Positions 16,354 to 25,964 of a stretch of DNA of 32,000 bases are shown here, piece by piece. How positions within the stretch are numbered: position 1 is the stretch's first letter; each line of letters begins with the position of its first letter. Origin of the DNA: Ignicoccus islandicus DSM 13165 (lineage in GTDB: Archaea > Thermoproteota > Thermoprotei_A > Sulfolobales > Ignicoccaceae). The stretch spans positions 1 through 32,000 of the forward strand of contig NZ_CP006867.1 of NCBI RefSeq assembly GCF_001481685.1, written 5' to 3'. Below the pieces are notes generated by a model, which ran no database searches, was not told the origin of the DNA, and saw only the letters and a list, made by a program, of their open reading frames with translations. A program made the position numbers and the translations under genes.

Positions 16354-17562
16354 TTATTTCTTCACACCGAACTTCCTTTGGAAGCTAACAATGCTGTCCA
16401 TAAGCCACACGTCAATGAAACCTCTGGCCATCTCGTCGCTAGGGAACCACTCGCTTTCGTAACTACTTAATGCTCTATCGTATATTGCGTAGGGACTCCT
16501 TCTACCTACAACTCTGAAGGAACCTTTGACTATCTTCGCTTTTACTTCGCCAGATACGTTTTCGTTCATTTTTCTGAATATTTCATCTAATTCTATTCTT
16601 AGTGGATCATACCATAGACCTTCGTAGACCATTTCGGCCCAAAGGTCTTCCAACTGTTTCTTCATTCTATATTCTCTCTTACTTAACACTAATTTCTCCA
16701 AGTCTTTCTTTGCGTTTATTATTGATAGAGCAGCTGGAGCCTCGTAGACCTCTCTACTCTTTAATCCAACTACTCTGTTTTCCATATGGTCTATTATTCC
16801 GTATCCATACTTCCCTACAAGGGAATTTAAGAATCCTATTAGGTCTAAAAGTTCCATTCGTTCACCATTTACAGCAACCGGAAGTCCCTTATCGAATTCT
16901 ATTACTAGCTCTAGTGGTTCAGAGGGAGCCATCTCTGGAGGTGTTACCCATTCGAACGCCTCTGGCGGCGGCTCGTTCCATGGGTCTTCTAGCTCGCCTC
17001 CTTCTATGCTCCTTGACCATAGATTTTCATCTATGCTGTACTTAGAGGACGACTCAGATATAGGAATGCCTTTCCTCTTAGCGAACTCCACTTCCTCCTT
17101 TCTATTCATTCCCCATATTCTTATTGGAGCTATTATCTTGATGTCCGGTGCAAGCGCTTTAAAGACGGCTTCGAACCTTATTTGATCGTTTCCCTTACTG
17201 GTGGAACCGTGAGCTACGGCATCGGCTCCTTCTTTCCTTGCTATTTCGACCACTTTTTCACCAATTAACGGTCTCGCCAATGCGGTGCCTAGTGGATACT
17301 TCCCTTCGTATAGGGCGTTTGCTAGTATAGCTTTACTTATGAAGTCATTCGCGAACTCTCTCTTAGCATCTATTAGATAGTGCTTACTAGCACCCGCCTT
17401 ATAAGCTCTTTTCTCTATTTCTTTGAAATCTTCCTTTTGACCAACGTCTACGGTAACTGTTACTACTTCAGCTCCGAATTTCTCCTTAAGCCATGCAATT
17501 GCAACCGACGTATCGAGACCTCCAGAATAAGCTAATACGATCTTCGAAATATCTTCAACCAT
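16354..17562 (-). CDS. argG: Argininosuccinate synthase
   Basis: 402 aa. The PP-loop [23 protein letters not shown] and [14 protein letters not shown] are ArgG hallmarks. Confidence 0.95.
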   Translation of the reverse strand: MVEDISKIVLAYSGGLDTSVAIAWLKEKFGAEVVTVTVDVGQKEDFKEIEKRAYKAGASKHYLIDAKREFANDFISKAILANALYEGKYPLGTALARPLIGEKVVEIARKEGADAVAHGSTSKGNDQIRFEAVFKALAPDIKIIAPIRIWGMNRKEEVEFAKRKGIPISESSSKYSIDENLWSRSIEGGELEDPWNEPPPEAFEWVTPPEMAPSEPLELVIEFDKGLPVAVNGERMELLDLIGFLNSLVGKYGYGIIDHMENRVVGLKSREVYEAPAALSIINAKKDLEKLVLSKREYRMKKQLEDLWAEMVYEGLWYDPLRIELDEIFRKMNENVSGEVKAKIVKGSFRVVGRRSPYAIYDRALSSYESEWFPSDEMARGFIDVWLMDSIVSFQRKFGVKK

Positions 17563-17654
17563 TATTTTGCCCTCTTCGAGGGATATTCAGAATAATAATA
17601 AATTTGACTTGGGATTTTTCGATGATAGTGTGTGTTGGACGATTACGTTTTTGC

Positions 17655-17662
17655 TTTAAATA
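17655..17662 (+). promoter_or_regulatory. TATA box for reverse gyrase
   Basis: TTTAAATA is centred about 41-47 nt upstream of the candidate starts TTG 17700 and GTG 17706. Confidence 0.4.
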
Positions 17663-17699
17663 GTTTTCGTGAAGTCTATGCCTATGTCGGGACAAGTAA

Positions 17700-20600
17700 T
17701 TGGAAGTGATCTATAGAGAAGCATGCCCCTCATGCGGTGGTGATATCGAAAGGTCGAGACTCACTTACGGTCTATCGTGTGGATATTGTGACGGTAAAAG
17801 TGGTCTATTTGAATGGATGAGAAAGCTGGAAGAGGAGTACGAAAGATTTTCTGAATACTTAAAATCTGAGTATGGAATAGAACCCTCGGAAGTACAAAAA
17901 ACGTGGATTAAGCTTTTGCTTAGTGGAGAAGACGTAGTTATCTCGGCACCTACTGGGATGGGTAAAAGTACTATACTGGGTGCGTATGCACAGTATGTCA
18001 AGAGGAAAGGTCTCAAAGTACTCTATATTGTACCTACTCGAAGCTTAATAACTCAAGTTGCGAACAGGGTTAGCGGAATAGAAGTTGTAACGTCTGCCAA
18101 AGTTATTAAGAATCCATCTGCCTACAAGGGATACGACGTTATTATAGTAGATGACGTTGATGCTGCCTTGAAATCAGAAAAGACTGTCGCAGCGCTTATG
18201 AAAATAGCCGGACTAGATGATGTGTACGAAGAAGCGCGAAGAGCGGCGAAGCTTTTAATCGAGGCCATGAACGGTAATGAACAAGCGCTCGAGGAATACG
18301 TTTCACTGAAGGCAAAACTTAGCAAATACAAACGTAAGAGTAGTCAACTAATCTTTTCCTCAGCAACCCATGGTAGACCCAGCCTGATCGCAAGGCTTAT
18401 GTTGTCAGCTTTAGGAATAAGACCAGTTTTCATTCCTCCGTTACTTAGAGAAATAGATGACGTTAAACTCAAGGTCGAGTCTCTCGAAAAACAGTTACCA
18501 AGCTTAATAAGAAAGTTAATGGAAACCGGCTATGGAGGCATCGTCTTCGTCCATGAAGGAGGTCCAAAGGATGAAATACTTCGAATACTGAAGGAGAATG
18601 ACATAAAGGCAAAAGAGGTCGGTTCAAGGTCAATAAAAGCTATTAAAGAGTTTGAGAAAGGAGAAATAGATGTATTGGTCGCATCGGCATCGAGGTATGG
18701 AGTGGTAGCTAGAGGTATTGATATGCCAGACAGATTGAGGTTCGCAATATTCATTGAACCTCCTCACAAGAAGTTAGAGTTAAGAAAGATGTTATCGAAT
18801 CCTCTATTCATGCTTAGGATTCTAAAGAAGCTAGGTTTGGAACAAGAATTCCTCGAGCTAGGCAAGAAAGTCAAGAAACTTTCAAAAATCGAACTAAACC
18901 TTCTTCGGGAAAACCTTTCAGGAAATGACGTAAAGTTAAGGAGCGAGAGGCTCAAGGAGTTATCCGAGTTTATGAGGGAATTAATTAAAAAGGTAGAGCG
19001 TGAGTTAAGTAATACGAAAATAATAGATCCACCATTCATTATAAAGAATGGATCCGTAATAATATTGGATAAATCTACCTACTTACAAGCATCCGGTAGA
19101 ACTTCTAGACTAACCTTTAAGGGATTCACGAAGGGCGTAAGCGTTATCTTATATAGCGATGAGGACGTCATGGAGGCCTTCGAGAAGCTGTTATCGGATA
19201 TCACGACATTTGAAAGTGAGGTCAAGCCTCCTGAAGGATACAAAGAAGTCGATGCTGAAAGCGTACTGATGATAGTAGAATCCCCAACTAAGGCTAGAAC
19301 TATTGCTAGGATCTTCGGCGGAGGTTCTTCAGTAAACCTCTTTGGTAGTAAGGTCTACACAACTGCAGTTAAACTTGACGACAAGGTTTATTTTCTTTAT
19401 ATTACAGCAAGCAAGGGCCACCTATTCGACCTTACATTAGATGACATAGGTCTTCATGGTGTAATGATAGAGGGGAACGAACTAATTCCCGTATATTCAC
19501 CTATTAAGAGGTGTTTGGAATGCGGATATGCGTGGAGTGGAAGTCTGAACGTTTGTCCGAGATGCGGTTCAACGAAAATAGATAATTCAATCGAGCGCGT
19601 AAACTCGTTAAGGAAATTAGCCTATGTAGTTAATACTGTAATACTTGCGACGGATCCTGATGAAGAAGGAGAGAAAATAGCATGGGATCTAGAGGCTATG
19701 TTAAAACCATTCAACAAGAACGTGAGGAGGGCCACATATTTTGAAGTTACGAAACGCGGTATAGAAGAATCACTGAAGAACCTAAAACACGTTGACGAAT
19801 CAGTGGTTAGATCGCAAATAGTGAGAAGAGTGGACGATAGGATAGTTGGTTTTGAGGTTAGTAAAGAACTATGGTCGATATTCTCCAGAAAGAATATAGG
19901 TTTAGGTAGAGTGCAAGGGCCGGTTCTTAACTACATTGTAGAAAGGAACGAGAAGTGGAAGGAAAATAGAGGTTTTGTCATTACACTCGTTCTTGAAAAC
20001 AACGACGTGATTAGGGTTTTCAGTGCAAGCAAAGAGGAAATGGAAAGGTTATTATCACTCAAGGAAGTCGAAATAATTTCGAAGGTTGAAAGCATTGATG
20101 AGATTCCACCACCTCCACCGCTAACTACTGATGAATTATTGGCAGAAGCTGCTAAGATGGGACTAGAACCTAACAAAGTTATGAAAATCTCCCAAACCCT
20201 CTTCGAAATGGGTCTTATTACCTACCACAGAACAGACTCTACGAGAATATCGAGCCACGGAATATCTCTAGCCAAGGAAATTATATTAAGGGAGTATGGA
20301 GAAAGTAGGTTCCATCCACGTTCTTGGAGTAGCGAAGGGGCTCATGAGGCCATCAGACCTACTCATGCACTCACTCCAAGGGAGCTATTATCTCTTATAT
20401 ATGTTAACGAAAGTTATTCGAGACTTACTGCAGATCACGTAAAGGTATATGAGATAATATTTAGGAGGTTCGTTGCAAGTCAGATGAAGAACGTGAAGGT
20501 TAGGAAACTAAGGGTGACGTATAGAGTAAATAATAGTGTTATTCAAAGGGAATACGTTACTGAGGTTGTAGAAGATGGATGGAACTTGGTGTTAGATCTC

Positions 20601-21002
20601 CCAGTCTTTACGGGAGAAATGAGACTGGGTAAAGTCAAAGTAGTAAATGCTAGAGCGTTGAGAGCATCCAAATTCCCACTTCCTTCAGCGAGCGAGGTCA
20701 TTAAGTGGATGAGGGAAGTTGGGATAGGACGACCTAGTACTTACGCAAGGACATTGGAGGCATTGCGAAGACACGGTTTGGTCGTATTTAGTAAGTATAA
20801 GAAACTTCTAGTCGCCACCCGCGATGGTTATCGAGTTAAGGAAGTTATGGGCATGCACTTCCCAGAGTTGCTTTCAGCTGAATACACTAAGCACCTCCAA
20901 GAGCTCATGGAGAGGGCACCAGAAGAGTTCGAAGAAGTAATTTCAATGATTGCAGGGAAGTCGAAATTTATAAGGGAAGCTTTTGCTTCAGAACAATCTT
21001 AA
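17700..21002 (+). CDS. rgy: Reverse gyrase (helicase-like domain fused to type IA topoisomerase)
   Basis: 1100 aa. N-terminal Zn finger CPSCGG...CGYCDG. Helicase motifs APTGMGKST, IIVDDVD, FSSAT and QASGRTSR. Toprim ESPTKARTIARIFG and TDPDEEGEKIAWD. A second Zn finger CLECG...CPRCG. Active-site tyrosine context LITYHRTDSTRIS. The start may be GTG 17706 (MIYREACPSCGG). Confidence 0.96.
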   Translation: MEVIYREACPSCGGDIERSRLTYGLSCGYCDGKSGLFEWMRKLEEEYERFSEYLKSEYGIEPSEVQKTWIKLLLSGEDVVISAPTGMGKSTILGAYAQYVKRKGLKVLYIVPTRSLITQVANRVSGIEVVTSAKVIKNPSAYKGYDVIIVDDVDAALKSEKTVAALMKIAGLDDVYEEARRAAKLLIEAMNGNEQALEEYVSLKAKLSKYKRKSSQLIFSSATHGRPSLIARLMLSALGIRPVFIPPLLREIDDVKLKVESLEKQLPSLIRKLMETGYGGIVFVHEGGPKDEILRILKENDIKAKEVGSRSIKAIKEFEKGEIDVLVASASRYGVVARGIDMPDRLRFAIFIEPPHKKLELRKMLSNPLFMLRILKKLGLEQEFLELGKKVKKLSKIELNLLRENLSGNDVKLRSERLKELSEFMRELIKKVERELSNTKIIDPPFIIKNGSVIILDKSTYLQASGRTSRLTFKGFTKGVSVILYSDEDVMEAFEKLLSDITTFESEVKPPEGYKEVDAESVLMIVESPTKARTIARIFGGGSSVNLFGSKVYTTAVKLDDKVYFLYITASKGHLFDLTLDDIGLHGVMIEGNELIPVYSPIKRCLECGYAWSGSLNVCPRCGSTKIDNSIERVNSLRKLAYVVNTVILATDPDEEGEKIAWDLEAMLKPFNKNVRRATYFEVTKRGIEESLKNLKHVDESVVRSQIVRRVDDRIVGFEVSKELWSIFSRKNIGLGRVQGPVLNYIVERNEKWKENRGFVITLVLENNDVIRVFSASKEEMERLLSLKEVEIISKVESIDEIPPPPPLTTDELLAEAAKMGLEPNKVMKISQTLFEMGLITYHRTDSTRISSHGISLAKEIILREYGESRFHPRSWSSEGAHEAIRPTHALTPRELLSLIYVNESYSRLTADHVKVYEIIFRRFVASQMKNVKVRKLRVTYRVNNSVIQREYVTEVVEDGWNLVLDLPVFTGEMRLGKVKVVNARALRASKFPLPSASEVIKWMREVGIGRPSTYARTLEALRRHGLVVFSKYKKLLVATRDGYRVKEVMGMHFPELLSAEYTKHLQELMERAPEEFEEVISMIAGKSKFIREAFASEQS

Positions 21003-21234
21003 TGTATGGAATTCTCCTCCTTCCTCTCTCTTCGCTTCCTATCTCTACTCTCTCTATCTCTACGGCATCTCCTATCCTTCCTCTCAATCTGTTGAAGACG
21101 TAAACTGCTTTGTAGATATTTTTGCCTCGTCCTACTATTTCAATTACTGGTACTCCGCTGTTTATTGCTAAAATCGCTTGCAATACGTAATCGTTGATAT
21201 TGTCCTTAACTACTGTTATGACTTCCTTTTCCAT
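20968..21234 (-). CDS. albA: Alba family DNA/RNA-binding chromatin protein
   Basis: VLQAILAINSGVPVIEIVGRGKNIYKAVYVFNRLRGRIGDAVEIERVEIGSEE...IPYIKIVL fits the Alba fold pattern. ATG 21234 is preferred to GTG 21246. The 3' end overlaps the rgy 3' end by 35 nt. Confidence 0.8.
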   Translation of the reverse strand: MEKEVITVVKDNINDYVLQAILAINSGVPVIEIVGRGKNIYKAVYVFNRLRGRIGDAVEIERVEIGSEERGRRRIPYIKIVLKQKLPL

Positions 21235-21409
21235 TTTACCTTCCACCCTTTCTTAGGAGCGTACATAAAGAGTTTAAAACGTAATACTATTAGGGATATG
21301 GTTCGGTCGAAATCATCATTTTCGAATAGTTACGAGTATTTACCTAGTATTACTGAACATTGTGTTAGATGTAAGTCGTGGGAACTACCCATAATATTGG
21401 GGTATTAAA

Positions 21410-21799
21410 ATGATTACGTTTATTGCGAGGGTTTATCGAAGCAAGTCTAAGGTAGTCCTTGCAATGAGTAATGGAAAAGTGAAAGTGATTGAGTTAAGCA
21501 TTTGGAATAAGTATCTTTCGAAGTGTTGGACTTACGGCTATGCATACTTATGTAAGAGAAGTCTCATATTAAAGTATGGTGATCTAGTAATTGGACTAGT
21601 CAAAAAGAACGAGCCTCCAATGCCAGAGGATGTAGAAGCACTAATGCCACTAATAGAGAAATTATCGTTCCCGCATTTCGTTGTCGATGAAGTGATCAGC
21701 TTGATGTACTCTAGAGATACGCTTTTAGACCTATCTTGCGCGGGCTGTGAAGTATCCAATTTAGTGCCAGGGAAGATAAGCGTAGCAGAGGTAGCCTAA
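21410..21799 (+). CDS. Hypothetical protein
   Basis: 129-aa ORF, divergent from alba across a 163-175 bp AT-rich spacer. No motif recognised. Confidence 0.4.
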   Translation: MITFIARVYRSKSKVVLAMSNGKVKVIELSIWNKYLSKCWTYGYAYLCKRSLILKYGDLVIGLVKKNEPPMPEDVEALMPLIEKLSFPHFVVDEVISLMYSRDTLLDLSCAGCEVSNLVPGKISVAEVA

Positions 21800-21954
21800 T
21801 TGATTCTCCAGTCTTAACTCATTTCGTCTAATACGTAATCTCCTTACTGCGAAAATTAGACACTAACGATAACCTTTGTGAAGCCTACTTAACTAGAACT
21901 CTTAATAAGTGATGTATGAATACAACTCCGGTAACGAGACTAAGGTGAACGAGC

Positions 21955-23736
21955 GTGTCATCCCTAAAGGTTGAAAGGCTTAACGCTCCCTCGAAGATGA
22001 ACGAGAAATACGTCGAAATAGCTGGAAGAAAAATACCGATTGGAGGAAGACTACCGAAACCAAGAGAAAACGAAAAGCTATTGAAAGTAACTCAAAGTCT
22101 ATGTCCTCATTGTTACAGACTACTGCCAGCAATAGTTGTGGAAAGGGAAGGTAAAGTCTATATTAGGAGAGAATGTCCTGAGCATGGGGAGATAGAGGAA
22201 GTATACTACGGTGACGCCGAAATTTACCATAAGTTTGAGAAATGGGAAAGAGACGGTAAAGGAACTTATTCGCATGTTCAATTAACGGCACCGTGTCCCT
22301 ACTCATGCGGTCTTTGTCCATTACATCGATCTCACACAGCTCTCTTAAATATAGTTCTAACTAATAGATGCGATCTTACGTGCTGGTATTGCTTCTTCTA
22401 CGCAGATAAGGCTGGGTATGTTTACGAACCAACATTGGAACAAATAAAGACTATGGTAGAGGCAGCTCTCAAACAAGGCGTGCCTCTAGCGGTGCAGCTT
22501 ACTGGTGGCGAACCAACTCTACGGAAGGACCTTAGAGACATAGTGATTTTACTTAGGAAGATGGGTGTTAGACATATTCAACTTAATACACATGGAATAA
22601 AATTTGCTGAACTCTACCTTCAGGATAAAGAGAAGGCAGCTGAATACGTTAGGAGCCTAAGATACCTCGACGATGGGACGGTTGGAATAAATACTGTATA
22701 CCTATCATTCGACGGTGTAACGCCTCAAACGAATCCCAAGAACCATTGGGAGGTACCCTATACTTTTGCGGCATTCAGAAAAGGCGGAATGACCTCAGTT
22801 GTTCTGGTCCCAACCGTCATAAAGAATTGGAACTTACACGAAGTTGGAGACATAGTCAGATTCGCAGCTTACAACATGGACATCGTTAGAGGCGTCAACT
22901 TCCAGCCTGTTTCTCTAACTGGTTTGATGCCTAGGAAAGAGAGAAACAACGCGAGAGTCACTATTCCCGACTTGATTAAGGCACTAGAAGAGCAAACTGA
23001 TGGTCAGATAACAAAGGACGATTGGTATCCAGTTCCCGTGACCGTGGCCTTCTCGAGATTTATGGAGGCATTCAAATCCGATACTCCTCACTTTGAACTG
23101 ACTAATCACCCTATGTGCGGTGCCGCCACCTATACGTATGTGGAAAGGAATGGCAATAAAGTCAGATTCGTTCCGTTACCGCGTTTCGTGGACGTGGAAG
23201 GACTTGCCGAATACTTAGAAGAGAAAACGGAGGAACTTCAAAAGGGCGGTCTCATAACGAAAACCAAAGTAGGATTGAAGATAATATATAATCTCAGGAA
23301 GTTCATCGACCAAAGCAAGGCACCAGAAGGCTTCGATTTCTGGAACTTGTTATACAATGTCTTAATAAAGAGAAACTACGAGGCACTAGGTAAGCTCCAC
23401 TATCACTTACTCTACATAGGTACTATGCACTTCATGGATCTTTACAATTACGATGTTGAGAGAGTCATGAGGTGCAACATACATTACGGAAGCCCCGATG
23501 GAAGAGTCATACCTTTCTGTACATATAACGTATTAAATGACTTATATAGAGACTACATTATAAAGAAGTATAGTATGAGCCTTGAGGAAGCTAAGAAGGT
23601 TCTCGGCGATGACGCTTTACGAAAGTACGTCAGAAACGTTAAGTTGCTCCAGTCGGGCAATGAATACTTAGAAACCTATAGACCCTTCATGGATAAGATA
23701 AAGAAAGGAACAGTAGGGTCTACGCAACCCTCTTAA
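21955..23736 (+). CDS. Radical SAM enzyme of the COG1964 type; plausible tetraether lipid synthase (Tes / GDGT-MAS family)
   Basis: 593 aa. N-terminal rubredoxin/Zn-ribbon-like CPHC...CPEHG, a second Cys cluster CPYSCGLCPLH, the radical SAM cluster TNRCDLTCWYCFF and LTGGEPTL. This domain order matches my recollection of Tes/GDGT-MAS proteins; the subfamily call is tentative. GTG start 7 nt after AGGTGA. Confidence 0.8.
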   Translation: MSSLKVERLNAPSKMNEKYVEIAGRKIPIGGRLPKPRENEKLLKVTQSLCPHCYRLLPAIVVEREGKVYIRRECPEHGEIEEVYYGDAEIYHKFEKWERDGKGTYSHVQLTAPCPYSCGLCPLHRSHTALLNIVLTNRCDLTCWYCFFYADKAGYVYEPTLEQIKTMVEAALKQGVPLAVQLTGGEPTLRKDLRDIVILLRKMGVRHIQLNTHGIKFAELYLQDKEKAAEYVRSLRYLDDGTVGINTVYLSFDGVTPQTNPKNHWEVPYTFAAFRKGGMTSVVLVPTVIKNWNLHEVGDIVRFAAYNMDIVRGVNFQPVSLTGLMPRKERNNARVTIPDLIKALEEQTDGQITKDDWYPVPVTVAFSRFMEAFKSDTPHFELTNHPMCGAATYTYVERNGNKVRFVPLPRFVDVEGLAEYLEEKTEELQKGGLITKTKVGLKIIYNLRKFIDQSKAPEGFDFWNLLYNVLIKRNYEALGKLHYHLLYIGTMHFMDLYNYDVERVMRCNIHYGSPDGRVIPFCTYNVLNDLYRDYIIKKYSMSLEEAKKVLGDDALRKYVRNVKLLQSGNEYLETYRPFMDKIKKGTVGSTQPS

Positions 23737-24643
23737 GAGGTAACGATTTAAAATCAGACCTTTTTACTATTCGAAGACCTAGTTCTTGTGCAAATTCACA
23801 CGCTCTGCAAATAGTCCTACCTTTCGAAGTAGGAAAACCGCAAACGCTGCATTGACTGTGTTCACTTACGTAGCTTTTCGTCTCCAAGTTCTCAATCCAC
23901 TTCAATAAGCTCGATGCGTTTGATTCACTAAATTGGAATAAATTTTCACGTATACGTGCGCGTAAGGAAGGCCTCGTGGTTATGTACGGACACTCTTCTG
24001 TTTGAAACGGGAAATTCTTCAAATAAGCGTATATTGCTACCTCTCTTTCCAGTACTCTCCTCAAAGGTTTTAACCTCCCTTGTGAGAGCTTGAGAACGCC
24101 TTCCCAATCACCCCTAAGTACGTTTAAGAGCGACGTGTGCACCTCGTCATCCAGAGTATGACCAGTCGCTACGAAATCCGCATTCAGAGCAAGCGCAGCC
24201 AAATCTATTATTCTCCTTCGCAAAACTCCGCAGTAAGTACACGGTCTCTCCTTACCAATCTTTATAATTTCCATCAGCGACTTACCGTATACGTCTTTAA
24301 AGGAGGTGACGAAGTATTGAATACCTAGTTCCCGCGCAAGTTTCGCAGCATTAGATATCTCAGTCCCCCTATCGTAACCTTCCGCCCCTTCAATTACAGT
24401 TACTGCCACGAGCCTTTCAGTGTCCCATACCTTCGCGCTAACGTCCATTAACACCAATGAGTCTTTACCACCAGATACGGCCAAGAGGACCTTGCTCCCC
24501 TTTGGAACTTTTTGGAACTCTTTGCGTACCCTCTTTAAAACGCTTTCAATGAAGTGGTTCTTACAGAGCGGGACCCTCTCAATAAAGTCGAGCGTTACTG
24601 CTTCTTCGGTGCATTTAATGCACCTAAACTTTAATCCCTCCAA
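23720..24643 (-). CDS. TtuA/Ncs6 (NcsA)-family tRNA 2-thiolation PP-loop ATPase
   Basis: 307 aa. N-terminal CIKC...CKNH finger, PP-loop AVSGGKDS, Fe-S cluster cysteines PCTYCGVLRR and ECPY, C-terminal CSVCG...CRAC finger. I cannot discriminate s2T54 (TtuA) from s2U34 (NcsA) by eye. Confidence 0.85.
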   Translation of the reverse strand: MEGLKFRCIKCTEEAVTLDFIERVPLCKNHFIESVLKRVRKEFQKVPKGSKVLLAVSGGKDSLVLMDVSAKVWDTERLVAVTVIEGAEGYDRGTEISNAAKLARELGIQYFVTSFKDVYGKSLMEIIKIGKERPCTYCGVLRRRIIDLAALALNADFVATGHTLDDEVHTSLLNVLRGDWEGVLKLSQGRLKPLRRVLEREVAIYAYLKNFPFQTEECPYITTRPSLRARIRENLFQFSESNASSLLKWIENLETKSYVSEHSQCSVCGFPTSKGRTICRACEFAQELGLRIVKRSDFKSLPLKRVA

Positions 24644-24690
24644 CCCCTATAAGACGGTGCGTCTGTAATGAGCGTCTAGGGAGTTTAATC

Positions 24691-25350
24691 GTGACATGGA
24701 TCATATTCACTACGGCTAGTTTGGATGGTCGTATAGCTACAACAGAGGGTGATTCTAAACTTTCCTGCGAACATGATTTACAATTACTTCATAAGTTTAG
24801 ATGTTGGAGCGACCTAGTCTTAGTGGGAGCTAACACAGCAATAGCGGACGACCCCGGTCTCTTTGTAAAGAGAATTAAGTGTAGTAGGCAACCATACCGT
24901 GGAGTGGTTGATGGTAAGTTAAGGATACCTACCAATTTGAGACTCTTTCGGGATCAACCTTGGTTATCAATGGTTGTGACTACTACCTATGGAATTAGAT
25001 CGAACCCCACCAAATATAGATTCCTTATTAATAGAGGTGTGAAAGTAGTTATAGTTGGTAATGGACCTTCAATTGATATGAAGGAAGCTAGAATGAGACT
25101 AGAAGAAATGGGAATACGGAGAGTATTAATAGAGGGGGGTGGTAAGTTAAATTGGTCGCTAATTAAAGAGGACGTTGTGGACAGACTTGAAATCACTTAC
25201 GTAGGAAGAGTTTTAGGAGCTGGTGTTCCTATTATAGATGGTGAAGGCTTTAAGAGAGTCTCAGAAGCCCCCTTATTTGCACCTGTCGATATTAGGATAT
25301 GTAAATGTGGTAGATGTGTACACGTAAGTTGGATTAGGTCGTTTAAGTAG
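24691..25350 (+). CDS. arfC: 2,5-diamino-6-ribosylamino-4(3H)-pyrimidinone 5'-phosphate reductase (RibD C-terminal domain type, archaeal ArfC)
   Basis: 219 aa. TASLDGRIATTEGDSKLS, VLVGANTAIADDP and RVLIEGGGKLNWSL...IDGEGF match the riboflavin pathway reductase family. GTG start. Confidence 0.8.
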   Translation: MTWIIFTTASLDGRIATTEGDSKLSCEHDLQLLHKFRCWSDLVLVGANTAIADDPGLFVKRIKCSRQPYRGVVDGKLRIPTNLRLFRDQPWLSMVVTTTYGIRSNPTKYRFLINRGVKVVIVGNGPSIDMKEARMRLEEMGIRRVLIEGGGKLNWSLIKEDVVDRLEITYVGRVLGAGVPIIDGEGFKRVSEAPLFAPVDIRICKCGRCVHVSWIRSFK

Positions 25351-25417
25351 AAAGTTATTAGACACCATAATAATTTAACTTTGGAATACTCATGCATTTA
25401 ATTGGGCGATATAAAGG

Positions 25418-25930
25418 TTGAGCGAGGGGATTAAGATTTTGAGTGAAGCTAGGGGTGAATGCATTCCCTCGCCGCTAGTTAACGCGATCGTCAGTGCTTA
25501 TCAAATAGCCATAACGAAAGCCTTAGGTGCAGGAGCTAATGCCATGGCCCAGATGCTGCTAACAGAGCTAGGTGACTTCCTTTCGGATTACGTTGAAAGC
25601 GTTATAGGTGAGATGGATTACGAGGACGTAAAAGGAGCTGTAAGAAAGATTTTCCAAGAATTAGGTCTAGCTAAGGAAGTGAAGATCGAGGAGAAGGATG
25701 GTAAATGGGTAATCGAAGTTAGAGGTTCGGTCTTCATACCAACTTATAAGATCCTTGCTCAAAGGGGAATTCAATTCTTCACCTTAAGTCCAGAAGCATT
25801 ACTCATTGCATCAATAATAAGGAAGAGTCTAAGAATCAAAGGCGATCAGAAAGCTAGAGTGAGAGTAAATGCAGAAACACCTCAAGATGAAGTATTGAGA
25901 TTTGAAGTGCAGCAAATCTCAAGCCTCTAA
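25418..25930 (+). CDS. Hypothetical protein (weak resemblance to V4R-type small-molecule-binding domains)
   Basis: 170-aa ORF with a TTG start, 68 nt downstream of arfC on the same strand. The V4R idea is impression only; there is no diagnostic motif. Confidence 0.5.
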   Translation: MSEGIKILSEARGECIPSPLVNAIVSAYQIAITKALGAGANAMAQMLLTELGDFLSDYVESVIGEMDYEDVKGAVRKIFQELGLAKEVKIEEKDGKWVIEVRGSVFIPTYKILAQRGIQFFTLSPEALLIASIIRKSLRIKGDQKARVRVNAETPQDEVLRFEVQQISSL

Positions 25931-25964
25931 GGGTCAGGAAAGTTTGAGCCTGGAACATTTATGG

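Noticed and set aside
17570-17582. CCCTC-TTC-GAGGG palindrome 8 nt upstream of the argG start, potentially sequestering the SD-like GAGGG
   Set aside because: It is only 5 bp with a 3-nt loop, which is unlikely to be stable at hyperthermophilic growth temperatures. The likely TATA element places the TSS at or inside it.
21313-21319. Perfect C-box-like ATGATGA on the minus strand in the alba-ORF129 spacer
   Set aside because: No CTGA D or D' box lies at the appropriate distance downstream on that strand, and there is no second box pair.
21178-21408. 76-aa plus-strand ORF in the ORF track between alba and the 21410 ORF
   Set aside because: It overlaps the alba 5' end and the AT-rich divergent promoter region. 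It has no SD or TATA context and an odd composition, so it is likely spurious.
6835-23736. Three convergent gene pairs overlap by exactly 17 nt (6835-6851, 9285-9301, 23720-23736), suggesting a shared element
   Set aside because: The three overlap sequences (TCATAAGGAAAGATTGA, TCAAGCTCGACATTTGA, CTACGCAACCCTCTTAA) share no motif. The equal length looks coincidental.
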